From Marsupella aquatica (Eukaryota > Plantae > Marchantiophyta), in the NCBI GenBank assembly GCA_973895155.1, contig OZ316893.1, positions 4,136,490 through 4,200,489 on the forward strand: a stretch of DNA of 64,000 bases, given 5' to 3'. The translations under genes were made by a program, and so were the position numbers. Under the pieces are notes generated by a model that worked only from the letters and a program-made list of their open reading frames with translations, ran no database searches and was not told the origin of the DNA. Below are positions 21,801 through 34,482 of this stretch, piece by piece (positions within the stretch are counted from its first letter, which is position 1; each line of letters starts with the position of its first letter).

Positions 21801-24800
21801 TCCTGATTAGATTGAATTCCTTGCGCAGAATTTCAACCCAGCTCAATCATGTTCATTTTGAGTTTTGAATTTAGTCGTAGGAGAGAACGTCTATGTCAGT
21901 ACAAGTCACGCACCTCGTACTTATGTCTGTTGGGCCGCTCCCTTGACTGTTCGTTCTCCGCGACTCATTTCCCTCTCTCGTACTATTGTGTTTAAGTTGT
22001 CTCCTACTCTGAATAAAGGATACCAAATCATTGTCTCACTCTGGCTTACAGTGCATATCTTCGTTCTATCCCTGTTTCGCTCACTCACAGTATCCTATAG
22101 GAACTTAACGGTCCCTGGGAGATTCCCTGGGATTAGTGGAAAAGAATGTTGCCTAATTAGGACCCTAGGAGTTGAGTTGGCATGTTTCTGGTTGACTTCC
22201 CTTGTTAATGAGTCAGGTCCTTGAGAAACATGAGATGACAAGGCATTCGCCTGCCACAAAGTTGCCGTCAGTCCGTTTCGAGGCGTAGTTAGTTAGCATG
22301 AATCATTTGAAGTCGATTTTAGCTCACATTAAATGCACAAAACGCAACTCATGTCTTCTACCCCGTTGTCGCAAATGTTACTGTCTTTGCTGCTCAAATA
22401 TGTCATCTACTAGAAGACGGGTTTAGATGTCTATCGTCCTACATGCAAGTGGTAGTTCAAATCCTCCAAATATTCAAGATGGACCACCAATTGAGGCAAC
22501 AATGAACGCTAAACAACTGCCACCTCCAGACACTTACTCTCGTCCAAAGGACGAACTCGTGCGTTTAAAACCTTACTGTAGCCACCATCAACGAGAGGTG
22601 TACATAACAATTTGAGTCAGACATCGAAGATTAAATTAATTATGTAGAACCTCGAAGATCGAAAATGGCAGCTCCAAATCTACACAACCAGCCGCTGGAA
22701 GAGCATTTCCAAGCACTTGTTCACTCTCCCCGGCACGCTTTCGGCTAGAGGGCAAAATTTCTCACTGTAGTGGAAGCGAATTAGGAAGGGCACGTCCCAC
22801 GTGCTCGATTCAGTGTTGTGCAAGAGCACTTATCCAATCTTTTGGGAACGAAAGTTACCTTCTGTGCTTACGGGTCTTTTGTTCTATCTTGAGGCTCAAA
22901 ACTGTAGCTCTTCACCCCCATTGTTGGGGACCCAATGATGAAAGGTGTGTACGTAGACACATGACGAGACTGGCAGAGTTGCCATGGCGAGAACTTGAAG
23001 GCTTCCCAGGTGATCATGGCAAAGAAACTACACTAGTTTTTGTACCACTTGATTCATGGCCCTGGTGTTCTCACATTCCCGAAACGTAATCATGCCGTCA
23101 GTATATTTCATGGAAATCATTTTGGGTTGAGTCATGTTCATTAGTCACAATTGCACCAACTGTGTTCAGTGAGTTCCCTGCAGTTCACCATCACTTTGCG
23201 ACCTGGGCCAGACTACGTGGATGAAAGCACACAGTTAAGCTCTACATCTTAATCCATGTTGTCCGCTTTGAGTCTTACTAACAGGCAGATTCGCGCTGAC
23301 AATCGCTTTGACACGGGAAGTGAAGCATGATCCAATACTACACGGGACATTTAAGTCGCGGCACTGAACTTGCACAATGCTTATACTTTACGGCACTAGA
23401 TGAACTTAGTTTCAATGTATGAACAGTTTCAGCATTAACTAGGTAGGCCACAACATAGTAAAAGCTCGAAGTTGCTGTCTTGGCAACAAAAGGCACCAAA
23501 AGCACTGTACGCTTTGTATTCCAATTCATTGCGCATTCAAATGTTCTTCTTTACTGCCAAAGGCAGCGAGGATATGCAGGTGGATAGACACTATTCGTTT
23601 TGCAAGCCAGTAATCTCGTCCCAGATTCAGCAAATTCGAAAGCTTAATTCGATATGGTGTCTGACAACAGCGGCAAAATGTTGTCAGCTTGCTTGCACCT
23701 AACAGCCTGGGAACAACCTTGTACTATTACCTCAACGCAAATTGCAGAGAGAGTAATAGTACACAGCACCTAATTGATGATCTTGTTAATGTTCCAACCG
23801 CTCGTTTTCCGTTGTCATTGAGCTCGACTGGCAAAATAGTACTCGATGAAAGTAAATGGAGATTGCCTGACTGTAGAACATCAGCGTAAGAATTAATGTA
23901 CAATCACACCTTGTAACATTAGAGTTTTCGAGGCCGTTTTTTGGTTGTACAAGAAGCTGTTTGACATAGGTGTTTTGGGGAAATTGTCAACGGTCACACT
24001 TCCCAAGGCCTATACATTACGGTTGCGCATGCACTTGGGCAACCTGCAAAACTACCAATCAATCCTATCTACAGTCAGGCAATTTTAGCAATACGTGACA
24101 GTGCTGTTGCCACAAATAGAAACTCCCGTTAAAATCTTTTTCCTTCACAAATATTGTCAGAGCTCGCTGCCATGTATGATGAATCATACATCCTCTCCCG
24201 CTGGAGTACGGTTCCGACAGCCAGCAACACGGATCCATCACAGTGCTCGTCAAACAGTTCAGAGCTGCGAATCAGCCTTGATAGACTGTTTTTTAACTCA
24301 AAAACTAATCTTAGCCTCCGACTCTAGTTGAAGTCAGCTACAATAGCTGCACATCATGCTTCACACGAAGAGAGATTTTTCGAGTCAAAATGCATCAAAT
24401 TCACACAATTATATTGTCAGCCCCACCCTGAGCCAACTTGAAATCAACTTCAATTGCTGGACATCTGTTTCCACAAAAAGACTAAGACAATGCATTAATT
24501 CATAAATTCTGTCCCGCGTTCATCCTCCATAGCTAGTGTCAGGACGTCCAACCCCGACCTAAAAGAAATCAGCCCCAATAGCTGGACATCCTTTTGTTGA
24601 ACAAATGCGTCAAATTTACAAATTCCGTCCCGTTAGCTCATCCTCCGCAGATACTATCGATCCCACCTCGAGTCAACTTGACATCAGCAACAAACTACAG
24701 CTGGACGTCATTCTCTAGCCACAAGCAGACATTGCAGCAATTATACGTCAAATTCGCCAATTCCGTCCTGTGTTACTTCCTTCACTAACACTGACTGATA

Positions 24801-25509
24801 CTGTCCGTAGCTATCCAAAGGGTGGTGTGATGCCCACATCCTTTCATGCTCGAGTAGGCCTTGAAATAGTCCACACGAGACAGCAAGATATCGTTCTTTC
24901 CATTACTTCGTTGCGACTGTCGATTGAAAAAGCTCCAGAAGAGCCACGTCACTCTCTAGCTACAAGGAGACACTACAATTACAAGTCAAATTCACAAATT
25001 CATTCACAAATTTTATCCCGTTTTACGTCCGATACTAATACTCACCGATGCTTTCCGCAGCTACTCGAAGGATAGTGCGATGCCCACATCCTTTCATGCT
25101 CGAGGAGGCAATGTGACATTCCGCCATTTCGAGAATCCTTCTTTCCGTTGCTTCGTTACGTTTGTCAATCGAGGATTCGAGGACGCTCCAACGGAGCAAA
25201 GCGCTTTGGTGGTGGGGGAGCAGGACGCTCCCTCCCATGAGACCACTACCATCCGCCCTCACCACGCTTCTCTCTGTCAGCAAGCATGGATGCCACTTGG
25301 CCAGATCCACGTGGCTCCCTTGTAACCATGGCCCCTGGCGCCTTTGACACCTGGCAGCATTGGTTGGGAGATACGATTGGGCAGGTAAGTGTTATAAGCA
25401 TTAGAAAGAACTTTCCTGTAGCTACTCGTACAAAACTGTGACTTCTCAAAAGTTTTCTTGGGAAATTTTTGAGCTTCTCACCCATAAATGCGAAAGCAAA
25501 GGCCAAAGT

Positions 25510-25905
25510 GAAACCTGGATGGACCACCACTCACTTTAGACACAATGCTCCCCCTGGATCACATTCTGGTGGTCCTTGAGAGTTTGGACTTAGAACTTGA
25601 TGATTATGAGTATTTAATTATATTTAAATAATATTTGGACCTGCAAGGAGGGAGACCTTTAAAAACACAAGCCCAAATACTTCATATTAACACAATAAAA
25701 ATTAATCTACTATAATCTACTCTTCCACATTCCATGATGAACTCACTGTCACTTTGATGGAAGTGTAGCTTACCTCCTCCTCTAGCATATACTCAAAACT
25801 AAAAAATAGTTGAAACTATTAATATCAAGTTATTACAGTTAAACTCAACTTTTGGGAAAATGTGGTCCATGGGGGTTTTCAAAGCCCAACTTTGTGGTCC
25901 ATGGA
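25510..25905 (+). repeat. Dispersed repeat copy 1 (probable non-autonomous TE fragment)
   Basis: Colinear similarity with 46170-46600: ggatggaccacca, cactgtcactttga, cctctagcatat, ttttgggaaa.tgtggtccatgggg. Confidence 0.65.
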
Positions 25906-26616
25906 GCATCATTTTCAAGCAAACACACCTCAAACCTAGATCTAGGATATTGGAAAGCACATAATTTAAAATAGAATTAAAAAACAATATGAAAATAGCA
26001 AAGTCTTTCACTCTCGGATGTAGTGTACATTTTATACACCAGGTTGCAAAGAACAAAAAGGGCCCACCCCTAAGACAAGACAGGATCACAAAGGCACGAG
26101 ACCATATAAAGTGGAAAAAACAAAACCAATATGTGGATCTAGTTGGGATTTCTTAGTAACATTTGAGCTATAAATTTCCAACCAATTTTCTATTAATTGG
26201 ACTCTACCAATTGGTTAGGTGCCAAAATTAGGAAAGTTGTTTGGTGTGGTAACTAAGGGGAAAGGGGTAGGTTTAGGGTCAAATGGGGGAGGAGTACGGG
26301 GTAGGGTTCTTTGACAAGTGCCCTATCCATATAACATTGCTAAGGGTAGCAAGGGTTAACAACTTGTTAATACTTAACTCAGATAGCAAGTGGTTAATTA
26401 GGTTAACTGGAGTACAACTTAAACATGGGTTAAGTGCTGCTAACGTCACCTTACTTAGGAACATCAGCTTAAGAACTTCTTTCGGTTGGTCGCATTATCA
26501 TAGACCTTTGTCAAATGATATACACTATAGCTAATAAATCAACTGGTTCAACATCATATGCTCATTGCAAACGGAGACAATTGAAACCATAAACATATAT
26601 CACAATTGCCAAAGAA

Positions 26617-26860
26617 GGCTGTTCGCCCCTTAAAACTGTACGTGAGGGGCAAACAGCCTTCTTTGGCCATTGTGAATGATACATTTTGGCCCATATCCAG
26701 TGCGGGCGTCGGGGCGGGCGTTAGAGCATTGAGAGGACCTTTCCCTAGTACAAGAGCTAGGACCAGGAAGGATGCACCTCTGGTGTACCAGTTCTCGTGC
26801 CAACAATAAACACTGGGTAGCCAAGTGCGGAGTGGACAACTTCTGAAAGCATCTAAGTAG
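26617..26860 (+). pseudogene. rrn23: Nuclear insertion of a plastid 23S rRNA fragment (NUPT)
   Basis: Diverged match to the 3' region of chloroplast 23S rRNA, including a decayed sarcin-ricin loop: ggctgttcgccc.ttaaa..gtacgtgag ... ggcgttagagcattgagaggacctttccctagtac.agag...acctctggtgtaccagtt...ctgggtagccaagtgcggag...ctgaaagcatctaagtag. Confidence 0.85.
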
Positions 26861-29800
26861 GAATTATCTTAGGAAAATCACCTTAGTTAGTAGACATTTG
26901 TGTACAGTGCGGCAAACTGATCACATGCTATCTTTGTTTATTTTTATTTCTCAACTTCAAGCTCCAGTGGTATTGAGATGTTACCATAGTATAATTACGG
27001 TTATGTCTATGCTATCAGGTAGTAAACTCGCACCTTTTTCTATTCAATGGAAAAGAAATTAAAGTTGGTCTAACTGGGGGTCTATATTTTGAAGTTGGCT
27101 TAGATCAACTAGGTGCAAAGGCAAGCTAGGCTTAGGCAAGGTTTTCTCTGGTCAGATCAGCTTGGTGAGGTCAGCTTGAGCAGGTCCGTCTGCCTAGGTC
27201 AACTCAACTTAAGGCTGGCTTAGAAGGTTTTTGTGTTCTGATTTGTGCCTTCTTTGGAAAACTAATCATTGGCTACCATTGTGTTAAAACTCAACTTTGA
27301 CCTTCATTGGTACTAAGATTCTGCCAAAGTATGCCACCATGTCTATTCTATGTCCAGTTAAACTTGCTGCTATTTCTATCCATTGCAATATATATGAGTT
27401 TAAAAATTACAATGGTGATCTACTTAAAATGGTGAAGTTGGCTTAGTCAGCTTTGGTGCACAAGCAAGTTTTGCTTGATTGCTTGATTGGTGCATAAAGT
27501 CCTCATATTACAAAAAGTTCTGATGAGTTGCGCACAAGGACATCCAAGAATTTGCTCCTTGAAGCCAACTAACAGATGATTGTAATTTGTTCATTCCCCA
27601 GTCAAGTCGGAGCAAGAAGCCCAAGAAGAGGCCTGTCCCAATTAAATTGGTAATAGTATTACAAATACTGTACATAAGTCCAACGTGTTTTGAAGGCTCT
27701 GGGGTGTGCTCTTGTTGTGTACTGCAGCCATAGGTCAATGCAAGCTTGAGGGGCACCAAAACGATAGAATTACCGCGCGTTAAATCTATGTTGAGTTAAT
27801 GCTGCCCCATTTTCCCCGGGCCCTGTACACTGCTCGTCCCAATCCACAATGCTGCTGCCTGCTACGGTCTGAGTCTGCCAAACAATAGAACCAATACTTT
27901 ATCGTTTTGTCACCCACTCCACCGGTCAAGGATGGGAGAGCATATTGGTTAACTACAAAAAAACTGACAAGACATGGAGCGGGAGCAAAGTGTGTAAGAG
28001 ACCCAATCCAATGTCAAGGGTTGGAAGGGTGTTGTGCTGAGGGTAGTAGTCCAATGGTGAAACCAGGTTAGATGTTTGAGACTGTCAAATTATTTGAAGC
28101 TAACTATGTATGACTCCATTTTATGTATTCTTTCCAATGAATAGTCTCACACAAGTGTTTACACATGAAAATAATCCTTTTTTAGTTTGATTATTCATTC
28201 CTCATCATTTTCCATTGTTAGGTAACTTGAATAAATCTGACAGATAACATTCAGCCATGTTTCACCCTCATATGGTCATCCGTGTCCTCTACCCTAAACA
28301 TAACATGTTTCCAACGGTTGACATTGCATTGGGTTGGGTCTCTTGTTTTGTTACCACTCCAACTTGCTCCACCCTCTCCTGGTTGGCTACCCCACCCCCT
28401 CAACCCCCCTCCCCTGGTCAAGGGTGGGCAATGGTGTCAAGGCTAAGTTGAGGATGATGGCAGCCAGATGACACAGACGGCTCAAACCACACAAAATTTG
28501 CATCCTGCAAAAACAATGAATTTTTGCTCTAATTGATTTTATTAGGATACATCAGAATGATTTGAGCAAACGAGCCTTTCCCACCTGTACTTTCTGTACT
28601 TGCGTCTGAACACAAACATTCGTGAGGAGTCTTGACATGCATCCAAGCAGCTGTCCATCTGGTAAGGATGAGTGTGCAAGGAGATGGAGAATGAGAGGTT
28701 TGGGTGTTGAGTTCATTGTTGGCAGCCGTCCATTTGTGAAGGACACCGACTTGACTGTGCCTGTAGTGTGAAGAAAACGATAGCAAGAAATTGAGCCCAC
28801 TCTGCATAGAATTCTGCTACGTGTGATTGTTTGAAGAGAGAAAAGTGGCACCATCCGAAAACTGTGACAGCTTAAGAGATTTCGCTGCTGCGATTCTACA
28901 GTGAGTCTAGAAGGTGCCCACGGTTACTTGGTTGGTGGCTATCAGATAACATAAAGCCGACCACCGCTGCTGTTGGCGCTGTAGCTAGGCAGTGCTCTTC
29001 CTCGTCCTGAAGCTGGATCGCAGCCACCAAGGTAAAGTCCAAAACAATGTGAGTCGAGATGGTGTGAAAAGTTTGCTTGTTTGGCCTGATCAATGTGATT
29101 TATTTGGCCATTTCCATTTCCATCTACATTTATGTATTCCTTTCCAGATAGCTTGAGATTATGTGGATAGACACAGTTTGTTCAGGCATCAATATGTACC
29201 AGTTCAGTTAGTCCACGAGTTTACGAGTTTTCCAACGGTTTGCATTGCAGCTAGGTGGGACTTGATGTGGTCAAAGTCATCTCTCCTCTACTGAACCAGT
29301 AAATCTACGAGTTTCTAAATCGATTCCCGCAACCTCTAGCTTTCAGGCTTAGAGCAATTTTGCTTGGTCATGCATCCCTGAATTGTCTTGCCGAGAATCG
29401 TGCAGGAATTTGCCATTCTCAGTTGTTGTATGTCCGTCTGCATGTGAGAAGTGATGCAGCCCGGCTTGAATTTGAATAGAATCAGTTCATTAGCTACTGC
29501 CTGGATCGGGAGGGCAGCGGTTTCTGAGCTGATCTTGGTCCCGGGCGTGTCGTTGCCTCTAGTCTAAGTTCGGCGAGGTGCTTTGAGCTAGCAAGGACAT
29601 TGTGAACTTTGTCTCTGTGAATCGTTTGGTTTTTAATTAACGTCTGTTTTACTTTGCAGAGAACAGGTTCGTTTTTGTCAAAGCAGCCAAAGGGATGAAT
29701 TGTAAGCAGTGAGAGCGAAGTGTGCTCTGTGGCCTGAGACCAGTGAGCTGAAGAACCGACAGGGATATCTCCAAATAGAGACAAATTTGACCTGAGTGAG

Positions 29801-29917
29801 CTCAAATTCTCGGTTGTCTGAGCCGAAGATGAGATCATAGAAAGCTGAGAGAGGTTAAAAGTCTTTTGTCACCACGGAGCTGAATACAGTACAGGATAGA
29901 GAGTGCGAGAGACAAAG

Positions 29918-31843
29918 ATGGAGTGGGCGAGAGAAAAGGCAAAGAACGCAACCAAAATTGTTGTCGATCCAGTGAGGAATTGGAACGGGGATACAGTGGC
30001 CGACACGGCCTCAGCAGCTTACGACCAAGCATCTGATTATGTTCCCGATGTCACGAGTGAGAAGACTACTAGCGCTGCAGTACTCAATTCCGCTCCCTTC
30101 CGCTCCTTCAAGCCGGATCCCAGCATTGTGTGGCAGGGCCACCTCATCTATGTCGTCCTAGCAGCTGCATCCACTCTGCCCTGGTGGGCTTTCATATTTG
30201 CAGCAGATTATTTTCAGTACCTCTACCCTGGGACGCATATCATCCGCCTCCTGCCTTTTGTGTACTTCGTGCCATGGGTGATGGCCTACTTACTGGTCAC
30301 CGGGTTCTGGAGAGAAGGATCCTCGTGGATCAAGGTAAATGTGGGTGGGGCAGCATCAATCGTCGCGCTTGTGGTGATTCCCGTGCTGGGTGCATTTATC
30401 AAAGAGAAGGGGACGACAGCCACTTTTTGGGTGACCCTGGCGATGGTGGCCATTGCAGGGTTCGGTGATGCAATTTCGCAAGGCAGTCTTCTGGGCATCT
30501 CTTCGGAGCTTCCAGAGAGTTTCACGAAGGCCTATTGCTGTGGAACCATTACTTCGGGTAAGGCATTCTTCCTCGCTAGACTCCCCACAAATCCCTTTGA
30601 ATTTGTTAGAGGAAGAGGAAAGTAACTAACCACAAAAGATGAAGAAATTGAGAGCTCTCTTTGAAAGAAGATGAGATTGAAAGGTTTCACAACACAATCC
30701 TTGTACCAATTCTACCAGTGCTGTCTAAAGTTGTGGACGTGTGATTAAAGTCATTTGCCTTATACCGATAATTTTTGAAGTTGCTGGAGTCGGGCACTAA
30801 GGTGCACACGAGCACCCTAGTTTTGGTAGCTTCTTTCTTTCTTGGAGCATTAACCTATTTTTTGTTATTTTATGTATTTTGTTCTTTTCAGCTTTGCAGT
30901 CCGCCGATCGCACGGATTCTCTCAATCATTCTCTCTTTGCACCTTTACCGTCCCTGTGTTGCAATTTGATAACAGATTTGATTCGGTTGAAACAGAGCAC
31001 TTAACAACATAATCCAATACCAATGTCGCTTCTTCTGCAGGTGTATTTGTGTTCATTGTACGTTTGATCACGAAATCGTCTCTGAGTGACTCCGCAAAAG
31101 GGTTAAGGATCAGCGGCATACTGTATTTCGCTGTTGCTGCACTGTTCGTGGTATTGGCGTTAGCTCTCTTGGCCTACGTCCACTCCATGCCCGAAATGGG
31201 CTACTACAACAGCCTGAGCTTGGGCTCTGTCGACACGATTCGGTTGCTGATACAGGATGATAGCAGCATGACCATCGAAGTGGCATCGGGCGCAGCCATT
31301 GCAGCCGTGGCAGCTGGGAGGACCAGTCAACCTAACCCCCTCGCCTGGAGACCGGTACTAGACCACATGAAAATTCTCGCCATTGCCGTGTTTATCACCT
31401 CCTTTCTCACACTTAGCATATTTCCAGGCGCCCTGGCAGAAGACATTCCACACTGGTCCCAACTCGGGGACTATTCTCTGCTTATTCTCTTGGGCACATT
31501 CGTCATATCTGATCTCTGTGGCAGATTGCTGACCATAAATCACATGCCAGTGAAACACTCCTCTGTCTTTGGTGCAGCTTGGGCCCGGCTGTTCCTCGTG
31601 GCCCTCTTCGTCCTGGCTCTGCTGTTTGATCCTTCCATCATTTCCTCCCTCATCATGATGATGGTTCTCACTGCCATTCTGGGATTCTCCAATGGCTATC
31701 TGATCTGCACTTTGACAGTACTCGTGCCCAAATCCATTCCTGATTATCTAGCTGAGACGGCTGGCATCTTAAACGCTTTAGTCATGACTCTGGGGTTGCT
31801 TGTTGGAGCTGGATTGGGCTGGATGGGGCTGCTCCTTGTGTAG
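29918..31843 (+). CDS. Equilibrative nucleoside transporter (ENT family), 2 exons
   Basis: Exons 29918-30557 and 31041-31843 (phase-1 GT-AG intron). Many TM helices and ENT motifs: LPWWAFIFAADYFQYLYP, GDAISQGSL, TLSIFPG, DLCGR, LGFSNGYL. Confidence 0.9.
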
Positions 31844-32431
31844 ACTGCCACTCCATCTACACCAACAAAGTTCACTTATTATTGAAGTGACGAAAAGCTT
31901 GGTTCTGCTAGTCAGAGGTATAGGTTTGCGAGTGCAGGATAGCTTGGAACATACAAGTACCTTCTTGAAGGTTTGTTATTGATCGAAGATGGCGTCTTTG
32001 TACCATAAAGTCGACAGGGCGTCACAAAAAGTGATCCTCAATTGCTTCAACTCTCAATCTCGCAGGTCAGAGCTCACTTTAGAACAGGACTTGATGTCAA
32101 AACCTTCATTGAGTGGAAGGTTTAAACTTTACCCAAATCGAAAGATACTTATAGTGAAATCTGATACGTACTTTTCAATGTCATCTTTATGAATGAATTT
32201 GTTAACCTTCCAACAAATCTTGGAACATGGCAAGTCGCAAAAATGCATTTGCATCGGCAAGCAGTGGAAACAGCAATAAAACTTCGACGTCAGTGCGCCA
32301 TCTGCAAACCTGAAAGTTTTCATCTCTACACTCGTAGCTCTAGCCAGAGTATATGAACGACATCTGTCCCAATCCATGTTTCCTTCAAGACAATACAATC
32401 CTCGCCAAATCCAAGGTAAACTTTGGAATAT

Positions 32432-32755
32432 GCGTAGTGGATACCATGGTTAAACAAATATTAAATTTTTATCAAGATAAGAAGTATAGTGAAAAGGCTA
32501 TGTGGATACCATAGCAAAACAAATACTAAAATTTTAGCAAGATAAGAAATATAGTGAATAAACTCTGCGTGCGTGGTAGATACCATAGCAAAACAAATAC
32601 TAAATTTTTATAAAGATAAGAACTATAGTGACAAGACTATGTGTGCGTAGTGTATACCATAGCAAAATAAATACTAAAATTTTATCCGGATAAGAAATAT
32701 AGTGAAAAGACTATGTTTGTAGTGGATACCGAAGCAAAACATATACTAAATTTTA
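32432..32755. repeat. AT-rich tandem repeat, ~5 x 62-70 bp, upstream of tRNA-Ser
   Basis: Unit approximates gtggataccatagcaaaacaaatactaaatttttatcaagataagaaatatagtgaaaagactat. Confidence 0.85.
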
Positions 32756-32801
32756 AAATATCAAATATCAAATATATTGAAAACACTAAGTTGTGCATGA
32801 G

Positions 32802-32883
32802 GTGGCCGTGCCGGAGTGGTTATCGGGCATGACTAGAAATCATGTGGGCTTTGCCCGCGCAGGTTCGAATCCTGCCGGCCACG
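32802..32883 (+). tRNA. tRNA-Ser(AGA): tRNA-Ser (anticodon AGA)
   Basis: Acceptor stem gtggccg/cggccac plus discriminator G, anticodon arm catga-ctAGAaa-tcatg, long variable arm gggc-ttt-gccc, T arm gcagg-ttcgaat-cctgc, and a downstream tttt terminator. Confidence 0.97.
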
Positions 32884-32990
32884 CCTTCTGCCTGCTTTTC
32901 ATATTTCATGGGGGAATTTATATGAAACTTGCTTTTTCTTTTCGGAACAGCCGTTTCGCCTGTAATTCTGTCTGCGTCGAGCACTACAAC

Positions 32991-33101
32991 ATATGAGAGA
33001 TTCATCAGAATACATTCATAAGTAAAGGGGAAGGACAATTCACAGCATATGAGAGATTCATCAGAATACATTCATAAGTAAAGGGGAAGGACAATTCACA
33101 G
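32991..33101. repeat. Direct tandem duplication, 2 x ~55 bp
   Basis: atatgagagattcatcagaatacattcataagtaaaggggaaggacaattcacag occurs twice. Confidence 0.9.
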
Positions 33102-34482
33102 ATGCAGGGAAGCAGAAAGGTCAAAGTCCCATGGCCCAGAAAGCAAGACACTCAACTAAGTTAAACAGAGTACACATCCCCCAAACCGAAATAAAGTTTG
33201 AAGTTTATAAACCAGGAAAAAAAACAAAGGAAAGAAAAAGTGGTCCAAAGAAAAAGAGGTCCAAAGAGGTCCAAAGAGGTCCAAAGAGCAGGGTGAACAC
33301 CGTTTCCAAAGATTCTGCAACAGAGTAAGTTTTCCTAAGTGACTGAGTGTGTTTCGTTTCCAAAAGATTGTAGTAGCGTGAACTGCAAGGGCCCAGCAGA
33401 TTGCAAGAGCCAGCCTCAAATTGGACCTATACAGAGTGACAACACCCTTCTCCCCCTCCCCCCCACCACCCCACAAATCTTACATGGACACTCAATTTCA
33501 TTTGTGTGCGCGTCCATGGTTTAAGATTCCACCGGAAACCTTCAAACAGTTCGCTAATCATATGGCTGAGATTGCCTCATAATTCCAGCAATTGTGCTTT
33601 GTACTTTGGAGACACATCGTGGCTGGTAACAAGCTTCCCAATAAGCGGACGATTGTGTATACAGCGGTATAATTGGGGAACTCAAAATCAGTACATTCCA
33701 CTTAATGAGGTTCACTATCTATAGGAGATGATTGGCACATAGTGGTGTTTCTGTGGCAGCCCTCAAGTATGAGCTACAAGACCTTGAGGATAAATCGTGC
33801 AAAGGGTCTTAAATGCAGCTGCAGCCACCACTTTAATATCACTGATTCAATCCGACTGGAAGAGTTGGCATCAATTCATGCACATTGGACCCTGAAAAAT
33901 GGGTTGGAATCTTTAGTTCTAGACCTCCACTAGCAATAGTAGCAAAGCGTAGTCTCTCAACCAAGAGTGCTCGAACCCAGGCGTCGAGCATGAGCTGTGC
34001 GTATAGAAGTGCTGACTATTAGTACTCCCACCAACATGTAGAACAACTCCAGTAAACATCAGCTCGTCCAGTTCTTTGATAACTGACGGACATGGTAACC
34101 GTTAGCATAGTAGTAGCAATATGGAGCCATTTTTAACGAAGTTAAGATGCCTGCCGACAAAATCAGGAAGGAGAGCAAGTCATTGGAGAACAGATCCACG
34201 GCTCCGCCTCCAAACCTCAATGGCGCCTACTTGACAGCCTCCGTCTCAATAATCTAATACACGTGCAGGCCACTTGGCCCACCCTGAGAATAGGACATTC
34301 CACTTACAGCAGTCTGACAAATATGACTCAATCTGTTATGTGTGGGTGTCCATACTAGTTTAACTTTCAATACTAACGGAGCAAATGTCCAAAATAGAAT
34401 TCATAAAGTGATTTTAATTTGAAAGAATACATTCAGTGTGTCCAAAACTGTAGATCCTGCTGCCTCCAATCCACCGCTCTCT

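Noticed and set aside
21300-25400. Many 60-120 aa ORFs
   Set aside because: No recognisable domains or consistent exon chain; only degenerate local repeats such as atgcccacatcctttcatgctcgag at 24830 and 25080.
26617-26860. Functional rRNA gene
   Set aside because: Only ~240 bp, with substitutions, an insertion in the sarcin-ricin loop and a rearrangement; called a NUPT instead.
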